Counted from the first letter of the stretch, positions 23,002 through 33,143 are shown. The stretch: DNA of 52,476 nucleotides from an uncultured Flavobacteriaceae bacterium (GCA_905380995.1 CAJPUS010000066.1:1-52476), one strand, 5' to 3'. A program made the numbers and translations. The notes: generated from the letters alone by a model not told the origin.

Positions 23002-23056
23002 TTGTAAATTTTACTTACTTAAATTTACAAATAATAATTATGGATTGAAAGGGTTA

Positions 23057-24367
23057 TTATTTTTGAGAATTTGAATATTTATTTGAATATCTCCTCCATA
23101 ATCTGGTTTGATGAGTTTCAAGACTAATCCCTCTTCCTGAAATAAATGCATGAGTAACATCATTTGAAATAATGTCTAGTGCATCTCCGCTAGATATAAA
23201 TAGAGTAGCACTTTTTCCAATCTCTAAGGTTCCATAATCTTTATCAATTCCTAAGATTTTAGCGGGATTTAAAGTAATTAGAGATAAAGCAATTTCTTTA
23301 TCAATTCCAAAACTTGAAAAACTACCGGCATAGAAAGGTAAATTACGAACTGATACTCTTGCCATAGTAGTTCCAGTTGGATCAATACTAACTAGTATGC
23401 CTTGATCTAACATTTTTTTTGCAATTTCGAAAGTTTCCATAGGATCTGAATCAGTTGACTGGGGAAATCTGTAAGGTTGTTTTACAACAACGGGAATATT
23501 ATTTTTCTTGATAAAATTCAATTGATTCTTAGACCCAGTAGCACCTACAATTACAATTTTATCAATTCCATAACCTTTTAAAAATGTAACACCATCTACA
23601 ATTTCTTTTTCATCGTCAGCATAAAGGTAAACTGTTGTTAGACCCTCAAATATTGTACTCATTGCAATACTTTTAAGGTTCATTGAGTTTTCAATAGACA
23701 TATTTACTCTTGATTTTTCAAAGAAATCTTTTAAGTCTTTAATCTGTTTATTGTAATTACTGTTTGCTTTTAAACCTCTATCTTCACCAAGCCACCATCT
23801 TCCATACGTATATGGACTTGGCCAATTTAAATGGATTCCTTGATCATATTCTATTACGGCATCTTCCCAATTCCATGCATCAAACTGAACTACAGATGAT
23901 TTACCAGAAATAATACCTCCATTGGGGGCAACTTGTGCAAGAAGTACTCCATTAGGTCTCATACTTTCTACTGCTTTTGATTCAGCATTATAAGCAACTA
24001 TAGACCTAATTTCTGGAAGATATGCTCCAATGTCGTCGTCATCTACGGTAGCTCTAACAGCATCAACCTCTACAAGTCCAAGGTTAGTATTTAGAGCAAT
24101 AATTCCAGGATAAACATGAGAATTTGTCGCATTTATAATTGTATCATATTTTTTGATATTCTCTGTAAGAATATTATCATCTGATGGAGCAACTAAATCA
24201 ATAACCCCGTTGTTAAAACCAATAATACTATTTTTAATAGTCTCACCATTTCCAATGTGAGCAACTGCCCCAAAAATTAATACTGATTTATCCTGATCTG
24301 GAGCAGGTGTTTGCTGTGAATAAATTAAATTTAAAAATAAAATGTTAAGCAGTATAATTTTTTTCAT
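23057..24367 (-). CDS. secreted amidohydrolase-family protein with the HxH motif replaced
   Basis: 436 aa with a signal peptide. Where the family has PG.ID.H.H.G, this protein reads VYPGIIALNTNLG. The C-terminal GTLEIGKSATLFISSG is like G.l..Gk.ADlvv. Confidence 0.8.
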   Translation of the reverse strand: MKKIILLNILFLNLIYSQQTPAPDQDKSVLIFGAVAHIGNGETIKNSIIGFNNGVIDLVAPSDDNILTENIKKYDTIINATNSHVYPGIIALNTNLGLVEVDAVRATVDDDDIGAYLPEIRSIVAYNAESKAVESMRPNGVLLAQVAPNGGIISGKSSVVQFDAWNWEDAVIEYDQGIHLNWPSPYTYGRWWLGEDRGLKANSNYNKQIKDLKDFFEKSRVNMSIENSMNLKSIAMSTIFEGLTTVYLYADDEKEIVDGVTFLKGYGIDKIVIVGATGSKNQLNFIKKNNIPVVVKQPYRFPQSTDSDPMETFEIAKKMLDQGILVSIDPTGTTMARVSVRNLPFYAGSFSSFGIDKEIALSLITLNPAKILGIDKDYGTLEIGKSATLFISSGDALDIISNDVTHAFISGRGISLETHQTRLWRRYSNKYSNSQK

Positions 24368-24370
24368 AAT

Positions 24371-27358
24371 TTAGAATTCAATGTAGTCGCAATCAACCTC
24401 AATTTGAGGTAATGGATTTGGAAATTTAAGATTTGCTCCAGGAGTATTCTCCGCAAACATCTGCTTAATAAGCTCAGATTTTTCATCTTTAATCTTATCG
24501 ATCTTTAGTTTATGTTCATCTATGTCAAAGTATAATGCGCCTTCTATGTAGGTTTTCTCTGCTTTTGTGTAAAGAGACATTGGATGTCCACTCCACACTA
24601 CAATATCAGCATCTTTACCAACTTTAAGACTTCCAACCCTATCATCAAGATTAAGAAGTTTAGCTGGGTTGAGCGTAACAAACTTCCAGGCTTCCTCTTC
24701 TGAAATATCACCATATTTAAATGCCTTAGCTGCTTCTAAATTTAACCTCCTTGAAAGCTCAGAGTTATCAGAGTTTAGTGCAACTGTAACCCCAGCGTTA
24801 TGCATAATTGATGCATTGTAAGGTATTGCATCATTAACCTCAAACTTGTAACCCCACCAGTCAGAAAAAGTTGATCCACCAACTCCGTGCTTGGCCATTT
24901 TATCAGCAACTTTATAACCTTCTAAAATATGCGTGAAAATTTTTATTCTAAAATCGAATTTCTCTGCAACTTTCATTAACATATTTATTTCACTTTGAAC
25001 ATATGAATGGCTAGAGATAAATCTTTTACCATCAATAACCTCCAATAGTGTTTCAAGCTCTTCATCATATCGGGGTTTATTCACTGACCTTTTTTGCCTG
25101 TTGTTTAGAGAATTGTATTGGTTCCAAGTTTCTCCATAATGTTTTGCTCTGTCAAAATGATCTATAAATACCTGTTCAACACCCATTCTTGTTTCAGGAA
25201 ATCTTAAACCACCCCTAGACCGTTTAACATTTTCACCTAAAGCAAATTTTATGAAAGGATCAGCCCCTTCAAAAAACATATTGTCTATTTCAGAACCCCA
25301 TTTTAATTTAATTATGGCAGACTGTCCTCCTATTGGATTAGCAGATCCATGAAGAATTTGAACAGTTGTAACTCCACCAGCTAAATTTCTATAAATACTT
25401 ATATCATCTGGATCAATAACATCCATTATTGATACTTCTGCTGAAGAATTATGACCACCTTCATTTATGCTTGTTGCAGCCATGTGCGAATGTTCATCAA
25501 TTATTCCTGATGTTATATGTTTATCAGACGCATCAATAACTGTGAAATTAGGTGGTGTTTTGAGGTTTTTACCAATATCAATTATCTTTCCGTTATCAAT
25601 TATAATATCTGTATTCTCAATTATACCCTCATTTTCATTAGTCCAAAGGGTAGCATTTTTAAAATGAATTGATCTGCTTTCAGGAATTGAACTAACTCCA
25701 AATCCAATGTTGGGGAAAGTAACATCTGAAACAAAAGGTTCACCAAAACTATCTTTCTTTGTTTTTTTAGATTCATTTTGTTTTTTTGTTTCATTTTTTG
25801 GAATATTAAATAAGAAAGGTTCATTATTAAAGTCTAAACCTCTACCGCTTAAATTATCTGTTGAACTTATCTTAGAAGAAATTTGAGCAAAAGATAATTT
25901 CCCATCTATACTGTCAAAAAAAGAAATACTTAGCCAATCATCGACTAATGAAGTTTTTGATTTGATATCAATAGAATCTCTCTTTATAAAAGCCTTGGGT
26001 CTTAACAAGCTATTTGAGATTTTAACCTCATATTTTTTGTCATTGATATTAAAGGTATAATTACCATCAATATTTACATTGTCATTACTTTTAACGATAT
26101 GTCTCTGACCTTTTACCCAATTTTCGTTTATTTCAGTTTTATCATCAAAAATTGGACCTGAAGTAATTAAAAAATTTGCTAGAAAACCTTTATCTAATTT
26201 TCCAATTTTATCACTTAAGTTTAAAGATTTTGAAGGGATTATTGTTAATGCATCAATAGCAGCCTTCTCAGATAGTCCATTCTTAATAGCTCTTCTTATA
26301 TTGTTTAGAAAGTCTTTTTTATTCTTAAGATCTGATGATGTTATAGAAAAATTAATTCCATTTTTTTCTAAAACACCTAAATTTGTTGGGGCTTGATTCC
26401 AGTATCTAAGTTGATTGATTGTCAACTTTTCATTTAAGTTTGTATTTGATACATCAAATGCTTTTGGAAAATTCACTGGTATGATCAAGGTGTTATTAAA
26501 TTTTTTTAATTCTCTTACATTTTCATATTCCTTTCCAGATCCTTTAATAACAAAGTTAAGATCAAATTCATTTGATAGTTTAGCTGCTCTATAAACATTT
26601 AGTTTATCATTAGCATCAAATAGCTTAGGTAATTTTTTATTTTCAATTAATGCTTCAAGAGATAAATCTTTGGTCTCAGAGGAGCCTTGAGAATACCAAT
26701 CTGAATCATAATGTAATTGTCTTATTAATGCAATTGCACCCATAGTTGACGACGGGTAGGATTGACTAGAAGTTAAACTTTTTGAAAAAGAGTAATGTTC
26801 TGCTGTTTTTTTTGAAATAATTCTATAGGATTCATTTTGATTATCAATTAAGCCAACTGTAAAACTTGTACCCCTGTGTACACCATCATTTCTATGAGAG
26901 GTTACAACTCCAAACCCAATATCTCTTAACCCTTTTGCTTCTTTCTGATTATAGGTATAATCTCCAAAACTATTATAATCACTCATAATATGATCATTCC
27001 AATAGAAGCCACTCCTGGATGGCTCATATTGTGAATTTCTTCCAGAGCTTTTTCTCTGTGGTTTCTTAACTCCAAATGATGAATGAATTTCAACAAAAGA
27101 TGGATAAATGAACTTTCCATCTAAATCAAAAACTATACTATTTTTTGGAATAGAAATATCTGAACCTAAATCAACTATTTTTCCATCCTTCTCAACAAGG
27201 GTACCCTTATTAATAATCCTTTTATCAGAATAAATATTAGCATTTGTGAAAACGTTGTACTGGTAATCCTTTGTTTTTATTCCATCATTGACGATAAAGT
27301 AATCTTGCCCATATAATCCAAATGATAGAAAAAAGAATAAAAATAAGAATCTTCTCAT
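24371..27358 (-). CDS. secreted two-module amidohydrolase-family protein
   Basis: 995 aa with a signal peptide. The N-terminal module reads YPSFVEIHSSFG (second His is Ser). The C-terminal module reads TSGIIDEHSHMAATS (HxH intact) and ends with GSLKVGKDADIVVWSGHP. Confidence 0.85.
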   Translation of the reverse strand: MRRFLFLFFFLSFGLYGQDYFIVNDGIKTKDYQYNVFTNANIYSDKRIINKGTLVEKDGKIVDLGSDISIPKNSIVFDLDGKFIYPSFVEIHSSFGVKKPQRKSSGRNSQYEPSRSGFYWNDHIMSDYNSFGDYTYNQKEAKGLRDIGFGVVTSHRNDGVHRGTSFTVGLIDNQNESYRIISKKTAEHYSFSKSLTSSQSYPSSTMGAIALIRQLHYDSDWYSQGSSETKDLSLEALIENKKLPKLFDANDKLNVYRAAKLSNEFDLNFVIKGSGKEYENVRELKKFNNTLIIPVNFPKAFDVSNTNLNEKLTINQLRYWNQAPTNLGVLEKNGINFSITSSDLKNKKDFLNNIRRAIKNGLSEKAAIDALTIIPSKSLNLSDKIGKLDKGFLANFLITSGPIFDDKTEINENWVKGQRHIVKSNDNVNIDGNYTFNINDKKYEVKISNSLLRPKAFIKRDSIDIKSKTSLVDDWLSISFFDSIDGKLSFAQISSKISSTDNLSGRGLDFNNEPFLFNIPKNETKKQNESKKTKKDSFGEPFVSDVTFPNIGFGVSSIPESRSIHFKNATLWTNENEGIIENTDIIIDNGKIIDIGKNLKTPPNFTVIDASDKHITSGIIDEHSHMAATSINEGGHNSSAEVSIMDVIDPDDISIYRNLAGGVTTVQILHGSANPIGGQSAIIKLKWGSEIDNMFFEGADPFIKFALGENVKRSRGGLRFPETRMGVEQVFIDHFDRAKHYGETWNQYNSLNNRQKRSVNKPRYDEELETLLEVIDGKRFISSHSYVQSEINMLMKVAEKFDFRIKIFTHILEGYKVADKMAKHGVGGSTFSDWWGYKFEVNDAIPYNASIMHNAGVTVALNSDNSELSRRLNLEAAKAFKYGDISEEEAWKFVTLNPAKLLNLDDRVGSLKVGKDADIVVWSGHPMSLYTKAEKTYIEGALYFDIDEHKLKIDKIKDEKSELIKQMFAENTPGANLKFPNPLPQIEVDCDYIEF

Positions 27359-27409
27359 TTCATTAGTTTTTTAATTTGACCCTAAAAATAAGGATGCTAT
27401 ACTAATATA

Positions 27410-27437
27410 GTAAATCAATTAAAGTAAATCAATTAAA
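27410..27437. repeat. perfect 14-bp tandem duplication (GTAAATCAATTAAA x2) spanning the stop codon of the DUF3810 gene
   Basis: Read directly from the sequence. Unit 1 is 27410-27423 and unit 2 is 27424-27437. Confidence 0.95.
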
Positions 27438-28427
27438 AAATTCTGATAATTCTTCTCTTTTATAATAATCAATTATTAAATTGGAAACTTTATTGTAGGT
27501 CATAATTCCAGCTTCTTGATTATTTGATTTTAAATATAAATCATAAATATATTTCTGTACTTTATCAAAATAATTATCTGAATATTTACTCCAGAATTCT
27601 ATGTTATAATTTATGTCAGATATAACCCTCTTATTGAGTTTTGAGGTATAATCTTCTAATTCTTTTTTATGATTCTTATTAATTTCGTTTAGAAGATTTA
27701 AAAGTGCATTGAAATAGCCTGAATATCGGACATTTGCATTATCACTCTTAACCGCTTTCATAAATCCAATAAAACTGGCTTCAGCTTCATCTGCATATCC
27801 CATTTGATGAGCATATTCATGAAAGATAACTACTGGCAAATCAATTTTGGGAATATCAAAATTTATTACTGATTCAGATGTAAATGGAATAAAGTGTCCA
27901 GATACTGTTTGAAAAAGAAGATAAGTAGGTGCCAAAGACTTTTTTACATTTAAGTTTGTCGTGCTAGTTATTTCAAAAAAATCTAATTCATTAAAATCCT
28001 GAAGTAATGGAACTTCTTCGTTTATCTTAGTTATAATAAAATTCAACGTATTATCCAACTCCTCAAATTCGTAATCATTTTCAATATTTAATTCATAAGA
28101 AATGGATGTTTTGAAATAATTTAATCCCCAAAAAGAATAAAAAATAAAGTAGACTATTGAAATGAATGCTAGAAGGTTCACCGAATCATTTAGTTTAAAT
28201 GAAAAAACTTTGTAAACCAGATAAATAAGAATTATAATAAGAATTAAATATAAAATCTCACCTACCGGAATATTTACTCTAGAATATATAAATGAATTAA
28301 TCTTGAGAATATTACTGTATAGATAATCTGGATAATAATCATCAATTATCGATGGATTATTTTTAATGAAATTAACTAATAGAATTTGAGGTATTAAAGC
28401 GAGAGCAAAAATACTCTTTATATTCAT
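27429..28427 (-). CDS. DUF3810-like membrane protein with HExxH zinc-peptidase motif
   Basis: 332 aa with N-terminal TM segments and VVIFHEYAHQMGYADEAEASFIG (HExxH plus a downstream Glu). Confidence 0.7.
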   Translation of the reverse strand: MNIKSIFALALIPQILLVNFIKNNPSIIDDYYPDYLYSNILKINSFIYSRVNIPVGEILYLILIIILIYLVYKVFSFKLNDSVNLLAFISIVYFIFYSFWGLNYFKTSISYELNIENDYEFEELDNTLNFIITKINEEVPLLQDFNELDFFEITSTTNLNVKKSLAPTYLLFQTVSGHFIPFTSESVINFDIPKIDLPVVIFHEYAHQMGYADEAEASFIGFMKAVKSDNANVRYSGYFNALLNLLNEINKNHKKELEDYTSKLNKRVISDINYNIEFWSKYSDNYFDKVQKYIYDLYLKSNNQEAGIMTYNKVSNLIIDYYKREELSEFFN

Positions 28428-29437
28428 TATTTTATATCTACTAGTTCTACATCAAAAATAAGAGTTGCATTAGGAGGTATTACACCATTCCCAGCTCCAA
28501 CTGCTCCATATCCAAGTTCACTCGGAATTACTAATCTTGCTTTGGAACCTTTATTCAAGAGTTGCATTGCCTCATCCCATCCTTTTATAACTTGCCCTAC
28601 ACCACATGTAAATTCAATTGGTTCACCACGTGTAAATGAAGAGTCAATTTCTGAACCATCAATCAATTGAAGTGAATAGTGCACAGACAGTAAATCATTT
28701 GTTTTTGCATTAGGTCCAGAACCTTTTTTTGAAATTTTATATTTTAAACCACTTTCAGTCTCTTCCATGCCTTTTGTTAATAACTCTATATTTTCCTTTT
28801 CAGCTTCTGCTCTTAAAATATCAGCTTCGCTTTTTTCTGAAATGTATTTTTCAAAATTTTTAGAAGCATCAAAACTTTTAGCGGCTTCTCCAACTCTAAT
28901 AATTTTAACTTTTTTAATGATGTCATCCTGTTCAACATTATCAACTACTTCTTGACCGGTATTCACCTTACCAAAAATTGAATGTTTACCATCAAGCCAA
29001 GGAGTCTCAACATGTGTAATGAAGAATTGACTACCATTAGTTCCTGGTCCAGAGTTAGCCATCGATAAAATCCCAGGCCCATCATGTTTAAGCTCTTCAT
29101 TAAATTCATCATCAAACTGATATCCAGGTCCACCAGATCCTGTACCTGTTGGATCTCCTCCCTGAATCATAAATCTATCAATAACTCTATGGAATTTTAA
29201 TCCATCGTAATAGGGTCTTCCTGAGTGTTGATCATCAACTACAGGATGATTTCCTTCTGCCAAAGCAACAAAATTTGATACTGTGGTAGGTACTTTTTGA
29301 TAGTATAGTTCAATAATTATATTTCCTTTTGAAGTTTCAAGGTCAGCATATAATCCATCAGAGAGATCAGAATAGTTATTCATATTACATGAGTTTAGAG
29401 TTAGTATTGAGATAAAGATTATAATGTTCTTATTCAT
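28427..29437 (-). CDS. dual-family peptidyl-prolyl isomerase lipoprotein (cyclophilin domain plus FKBP domain)
   Basis: 336 aa with the lipobox ILTLNSC. The cyclophilin motifs are [15 protein letters not shown] and [18 protein letters not shown]. The FKBP motifs are [28 protein letters not shown] and [16 protein letters not shown]. Confidence 0.9.
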   Translation of the reverse strand: MNKNIIIFISILTLNSCNMNNYSDLSDGLYADLETSKGNIIIELYYQKVPTTVSNFVALAEGNHPVVDDQHSGRPYYDGLKFHRVIDRFMIQGGDPTGTGSGGPGYQFDDEFNEELKHDGPGILSMANSGPGTNGSQFFITHVETPWLDGKHSIFGKVNTGQEVVDNVEQDDIIKKVKIIRVGEAAKSFDASKNFEKYISEKSEADILRAEAEKENIELLTKGMEETESGLKYKISKKGSGPNAKTNDLLSVHYSLQLIDGSEIDSSFTRGEPIEFTCGVGQVIKGWDEAMQLLNKGSKARLVIPSELGYGAVGAGNGVIPPNATLIFDVELVDIK

Positions 29438-30440
29438 AATTTTGATTTATGTATTGAGTAATATCACTTATAAATTTTTTTTCAGTTTCTTTTAGACTTA
29501 AATTTGAAATTCCTCCAGATGCATATTTATGTCCACCTCCATTAAAATATTTAGAAGCAAATATATTAACTTTAAAGTCACCTCTTGATCTAAAAGAAAT
29601 TTTTATCAATCCCTCATCTTTTTTTTCAATAAAAAGAACTGAACATAAAATATCAGTTACACTTAATCCAAAATTAACAAAGCCCTCACTATCACCTTTT
29701 TTAAAATTATTGATTTTTTGATCATTATCCGTTATTGAAGTGTAAACAACTGGTAACCCATCTATTTTTTTGAAATTATTTATTGTTGAACCTAAAAGTT
29801 TTAACCTGTCAAATTGAAAATTATTGTGGAGTTTTTCGAAAATTTTAGTAACATTTACTCCATAATTGATTAATTCAGAACCTACTTTTAGTGTCTTAGA
29901 TGTTGTTGATGGAAAACGAAAAGAACCAGTATCTGCGACAATTCCAGTATAAATACATGTTGCAATTTTATTATCAATTTTGCTTTTATTTATTAAACAG
30001 ATAAAATCGTAAACCATTTCACAAGTTGAACTCATTTTTGAATTTGAAATAGTTATATCAGCATATTTGTCGGGATTTTCATGATGGTCTATCATGATTG
30101 TTTTGGCATTTGAATTTGATATTAAACTTGACAAATTTTTTGCCCTTCCAAGTGTGTTAAAATCAAGTGTAAAAATAACATCAGATTTTTTAAATACATT
30201 TTCACATATTAACTTATCATTTTCATAAATTAAAATATTTCTTGATCCAGGTAAAAAATTAAGTATATCAGTATATTCATTCGGTGAAATTATATTCACC
30301 TCATTATTTGATTTAAAAAAATGATATAGAGCTAGACAGCTTCCAATGGCGTCAGCATCTGGACTACTGTGAGGAATTAAAATAATTTTTCTTTTTTTTG
30401 AAAATAATTTAGTAACACTTTTAAGTAAATGAATATCCAT
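29430..30440 (-). CDS. nrnA: DHH/DHHA1 phosphoesterase, NrnA-like oligoribonuclease/pAp phosphatase
   Basis: 336 aa with [14 protein letters not shown] (MIDHHEN) and the DHHA1 motif GGGHKYASG. Confidence 0.82.
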   Translation of the reverse strand: MDIHLLKSVTKLFSKKRKIILIPHSSPDADAIGSCLALYHFFKSNNEVNIISPNEYTDILNFLPGSRNILIYENDKLICENVFKKSDVIFTLDFNTLGRAKNLSSLISNSNAKTIMIDHHENPDKYADITISNSKMSSTCEMVYDFICLINKSKIDNKIATCIYTGIVADTGSFRFPSTTSKTLKVGSELINYGVNVTKIFEKLHNNFQFDRLKLLGSTINNFKKIDGLPVVYTSITDNDQKINNFKKGDSEGFVNFGLSVTDILCSVLFIEKKDEGLIKISFRSRGDFKVNIFASKYFNGGGHKYASGGISNLSLKETEKKFISDITQYINQNYE

Positions 30441-30516
30441 AAGTCGGCTAAGATACTATTATATTAAAAATTAAAATAAAGTAATTCCTAAAATATTGAA
30501 TAACCATAGATATTGT

Positions 30517-30524
30517 TAAATTTG
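30517..30524 (+). promoter_or_regulatory. -7 box TAAATTTG abutting the ndk start codon
   Basis: Matches TAnnTTTG and ends 4 nt before the ATG at 30529. Confidence 0.3.
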
Positions 30525-30528
30525 CCGC

Positions 30529-30951
30529 ATGAATCAAAACAGAACATTTACAATGCTAAAACCTGACTCAATTGAGCAAGGTAATATGCTTCCTATACTA
30601 AATATGATTGAATCTTCAGGTTTTAAAATTATTGCACTGAAATATAAAAGAATGTCTAAAGATGAAGCTGAAAAGTTTTACTCAATCCATTCGAAAAAGC
30701 CTTTTTTCAATGACTTAATAAATTTTATTACTCGTGGTCCTATAATTGCTGCCGTTCTAGAAAAAAAAAATGCAGTAGAGGCATATAGAAATCTAATTGG
30801 ATCAACAGATCCTAATGAGGCTAAGAATGGTACTATTAGGAAAAAATTTGCAAGATCAAAAGGAGAGAACGCTGTACATGGATCAGACAGTGATGAAAAT
30901 GCAGAAATTGAGATTAACTTTCATTTTGATAATGAAGAGATCTTTAATTAA
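30529..30951 (+). CDS. ndk: nucleoside-diphosphate kinase
   Basis: 140 aa with RTFTMLKPD, the NAVHGSD active-site His, and GTIRKKFA. Confidence 0.95.
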   Translation: MNQNRTFTMLKPDSIEQGNMLPILNMIESSGFKIIALKYKRMSKDEAEKFYSIHSKKPFFNDLINFITRGPIIAAVLEKKNAVEAYRNLIGSTDPNEAKNGTIRKKFARSKGENAVHGSDSDENAEIEINFHFDNEEIFN

Positions 30952-31237
30952 TTACAATATTCTTTATGTACTCTTTACCAAGCTCTTTATTAAGTAAATT
31001 AATAACCTTCATTTTTTCAAAGGTTAATTCTTCTTTTAGAACTGAGGATTTAAGTTTTACGTAAAGAATACCTTTTTTGTAAACAACCTTGTATGTATAC
31101 TTTTGAATGTTTTTACCCATTGTTTTTACCCATGCTTCTTGAACTTTTATGTTATCAATTCCAATTCTAAAATGTTTTTGAGAAAAAACATCCTCAATAA
31201 CTTTAGAAATATTTTTAGTTTCGCCTCTCTTACTCAT
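30944..31237 (-). CDS. DUF721 (DciA-like) protein
   Basis: 97 aa immediately downstream of recF. The pattern ...W...G..I...T......G.L.V...SS....EL is typical of DUF721. Confidence 0.7.
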   Translation of the reverse strand: MSKRGETKNISKVIEDVFSQKHFRIGIDNIKVQEAWVKTMGKNIQKYTYKVVYKKGILYVKLKSSVLKEELTFEKMKVINLLNKELGKEYIKNIVIN

Positions 31238-31243
31238 AATCTT

Positions 31244-32332
31244 TTAATTATTGTCAAGGTCAAATATTTCCTCTTTATTTTTTGATTTAGATAAAGCGTC
31301 TTTTACTCTTTCAATATGAGTATCTGTTATAAATATTTGACTGAAATCTTTATTTTCAAGAATTTCAACTATTTGTCTTACTCTTTCTTGATCTAATTTA
31401 TCAAAAATATCATCTAGAAGTACTATTGGAGAATTACCTAATTTGGTTTTATAATAATCAAATTGTGCAAGCTTTAATGCAATTAGAAATGACTTTTGTT
31501 GACCTTGACTACCAAAGTTTTTTATTTTATTTCCATCAATTGTAAAAATTAAGTCATCTTTATGGACACCTTTAGAGGTATATTGTAAAAATCTATCTTT
31601 TGAAAGACTATCATTGAGAATTTCAGAAAAACTACCTGAGTTCAGATCACTCTTAAAATTTATATCAACAGATTCATTTCCAGAGCTTATTTCATAGTAA
31701 TACTTTTTAAAAATTGGAATAAATGAAGTCATAAACCTAGACCTCTCTTTAAAAATTGGAGTTCCTATTGAGATAAGCTGTTGATCATATGAATCAACTG
31801 TATCACTATCAAACTTTCTGTTAATAAAAAAATACTTTAATAGTGAATTTCTTTGAGTTATCACTTTATTGTAATCAATTACTCTTTGAAGGTAAACTTT
31901 ATCAACCTGACCTATAACGGAATCAATAAACTTTCTTCTCATTTCACTCCCTTCAGTAATTAAATTCCTATCATGTGGCGAAATTATAATTAAATTAATT
32001 AAACCAATATGATCGGAGATTCTTTTATAAATCTTACCATTTCTTTTTATAACTTTTTTTTCTCCAATCCTGTAATAGCAGTGAATACTTTCATTTCTTT
32101 TGTTAATATTAAATTCACCAATTACAGAAAAATAGTCTGATCCAGACATTACATTCTGTGAAGTAGATGGATTGAAATAACTTTTTGTAAAAGCGAGATG
32201 GTATATTGAATCAACAATATTTGTTTTTCCAATTCCATTTTTTCCAATAAAACAATTTATCTTTTTATCAAATGTTAACTTGAATCTTTCAAGGTTTTTA
32301 TAGTTATCAATTTTCAGAGAGTGTAAAAACAT
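31244..32332 (-). CDS. recF: DNA replication/repair protein RecF
   Basis: 362 aa with Walker A GKNGIGKTN, the signature SQGQQKS, and Walker B VLLDDIFDKLD. Confidence 0.95.
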   Translation of the reverse strand: MFLHSLKIDNYKNLERFKLTFDKKINCFIGKNGIGKTNIVDSIYHLAFTKSYFNPSTSQNVMSGSDYFSVIGEFNINKRNESIHCYYRIGEKKVIKRNGKIYKRISDHIGLINLIIISPHDRNLITEGSEMRRKFIDSVIGQVDKVYLQRVIDYNKVITQRNSLLKYFFINRKFDSDTVDSYDQQLISIGTPIFKERSRFMTSFIPIFKKYYYEISSGNESVDINFKSDLNSGSFSEILNDSLSKDRFLQYTSKGVHKDDLIFTIDGNKIKNFGSQGQQKSFLIALKLAQFDYYKTKLGNSPIVLLDDIFDKLDQERVRQIVEILENKDFSQIFITDTHIERVKDALSKSKNKEEIFDLDNN

Positions 32333-32355
32333 AATAAGTATTCAAAATAAAACAT

Positions 32356-32363
32356 TAATTTTG
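32356..32363 (+). promoter_or_regulatory. -7 box TAATTTTG upstream of the TPR gene
   Basis: Matches TAnnTTTG and lies 17 nt upstream of the ATG at 32381. Confidence 0.35.
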
Positions 32364-32380
32364 GGATTCAAAAAATTATT

Positions 32381-33142
32381 ATGGCAACATTTAATAGAAG
32401 AGGGTATAAAAAGAGCAAATTAAACAATGATAATAATGTAAATAAAAGCCAGACAGCTGAGGTATTTGATTCACTAGATTCTACAGCAAATAAATCCGAA
32501 AAATGGATACTAAAAAACCAATATAAAATATTTATTGTTATAGCTGCAGTATCAATTTCTGTTCTTTCATATTTAGGTTATGAGAGATTTATAAGTGATC
32601 CAAAAGAAAAGGAGGCTGTTAGTGAGCTTAATAAAGCCCAATATTTTTTTGAACTTGCTTTAGTTTCAAATAAATCGGATTCATTATTTAAACTTGCATT
32701 AAACGGTGGAGAGGGTAAATATGGATTCTTAGATATTGTTAATGAGTACCCCGGAACTAAGGCTGCAAATCTTGCTAACTACTCAATTGGCATGTCCTAC
32801 TTAAATTTAAAACAATATGATAATGCTATATTATTTTTAGAAAAATTTAAATCAAATGATATTCTTCTTCAATCAATTTCACTTGGCACAATTGGTGATT
32901 GTTTTTCAGAACTTAACCAACCCAACGAAGCTTTTGATTATTATCAAAGGGCATTTAAACAAAATGAAAATATTTACACAACTCCAAAATACTTATTTAA
33001 AGCTGCTCTTATAGGATCAGAAATTGGAGAATATAAATCATCAATTAAATTTTTAAATAGAATTAAAGAGGAGTTTCCTGAATCATATGAATCTAGATTA
33101 GTAGAAGTTCAATTAGGAAGAATAGAAAATTTAAATAATTAA
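32381..33142 (+). CDS. membrane-anchored tetratricopeptide-repeat protein
   Basis: 253 aa with one TM segment (IFIVIAAVSISVLSYLGY) followed by TPR-like repeats. Confidence 0.7.
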   Translation: MATFNRRGYKKSKLNNDNNVNKSQTAEVFDSLDSTANKSEKWILKNQYKIFIVIAAVSISVLSYLGYERFISDPKEKEAVSELNKAQYFFELALVSNKSDSLFKLALNGGEGKYGFLDIVNEYPGTKAANLANYSIGMSYLNLKQYDNAILFLEKFKSNDILLQSISLGTIGDCFSELNQPNEAFDYYQRAFKQNENIYTTPKYLFKAALIGSEIGEYKSSIKFLNRIKEEFPESYESRLVEVQLGRIENLNN

Positions 33143-33143
33143 A

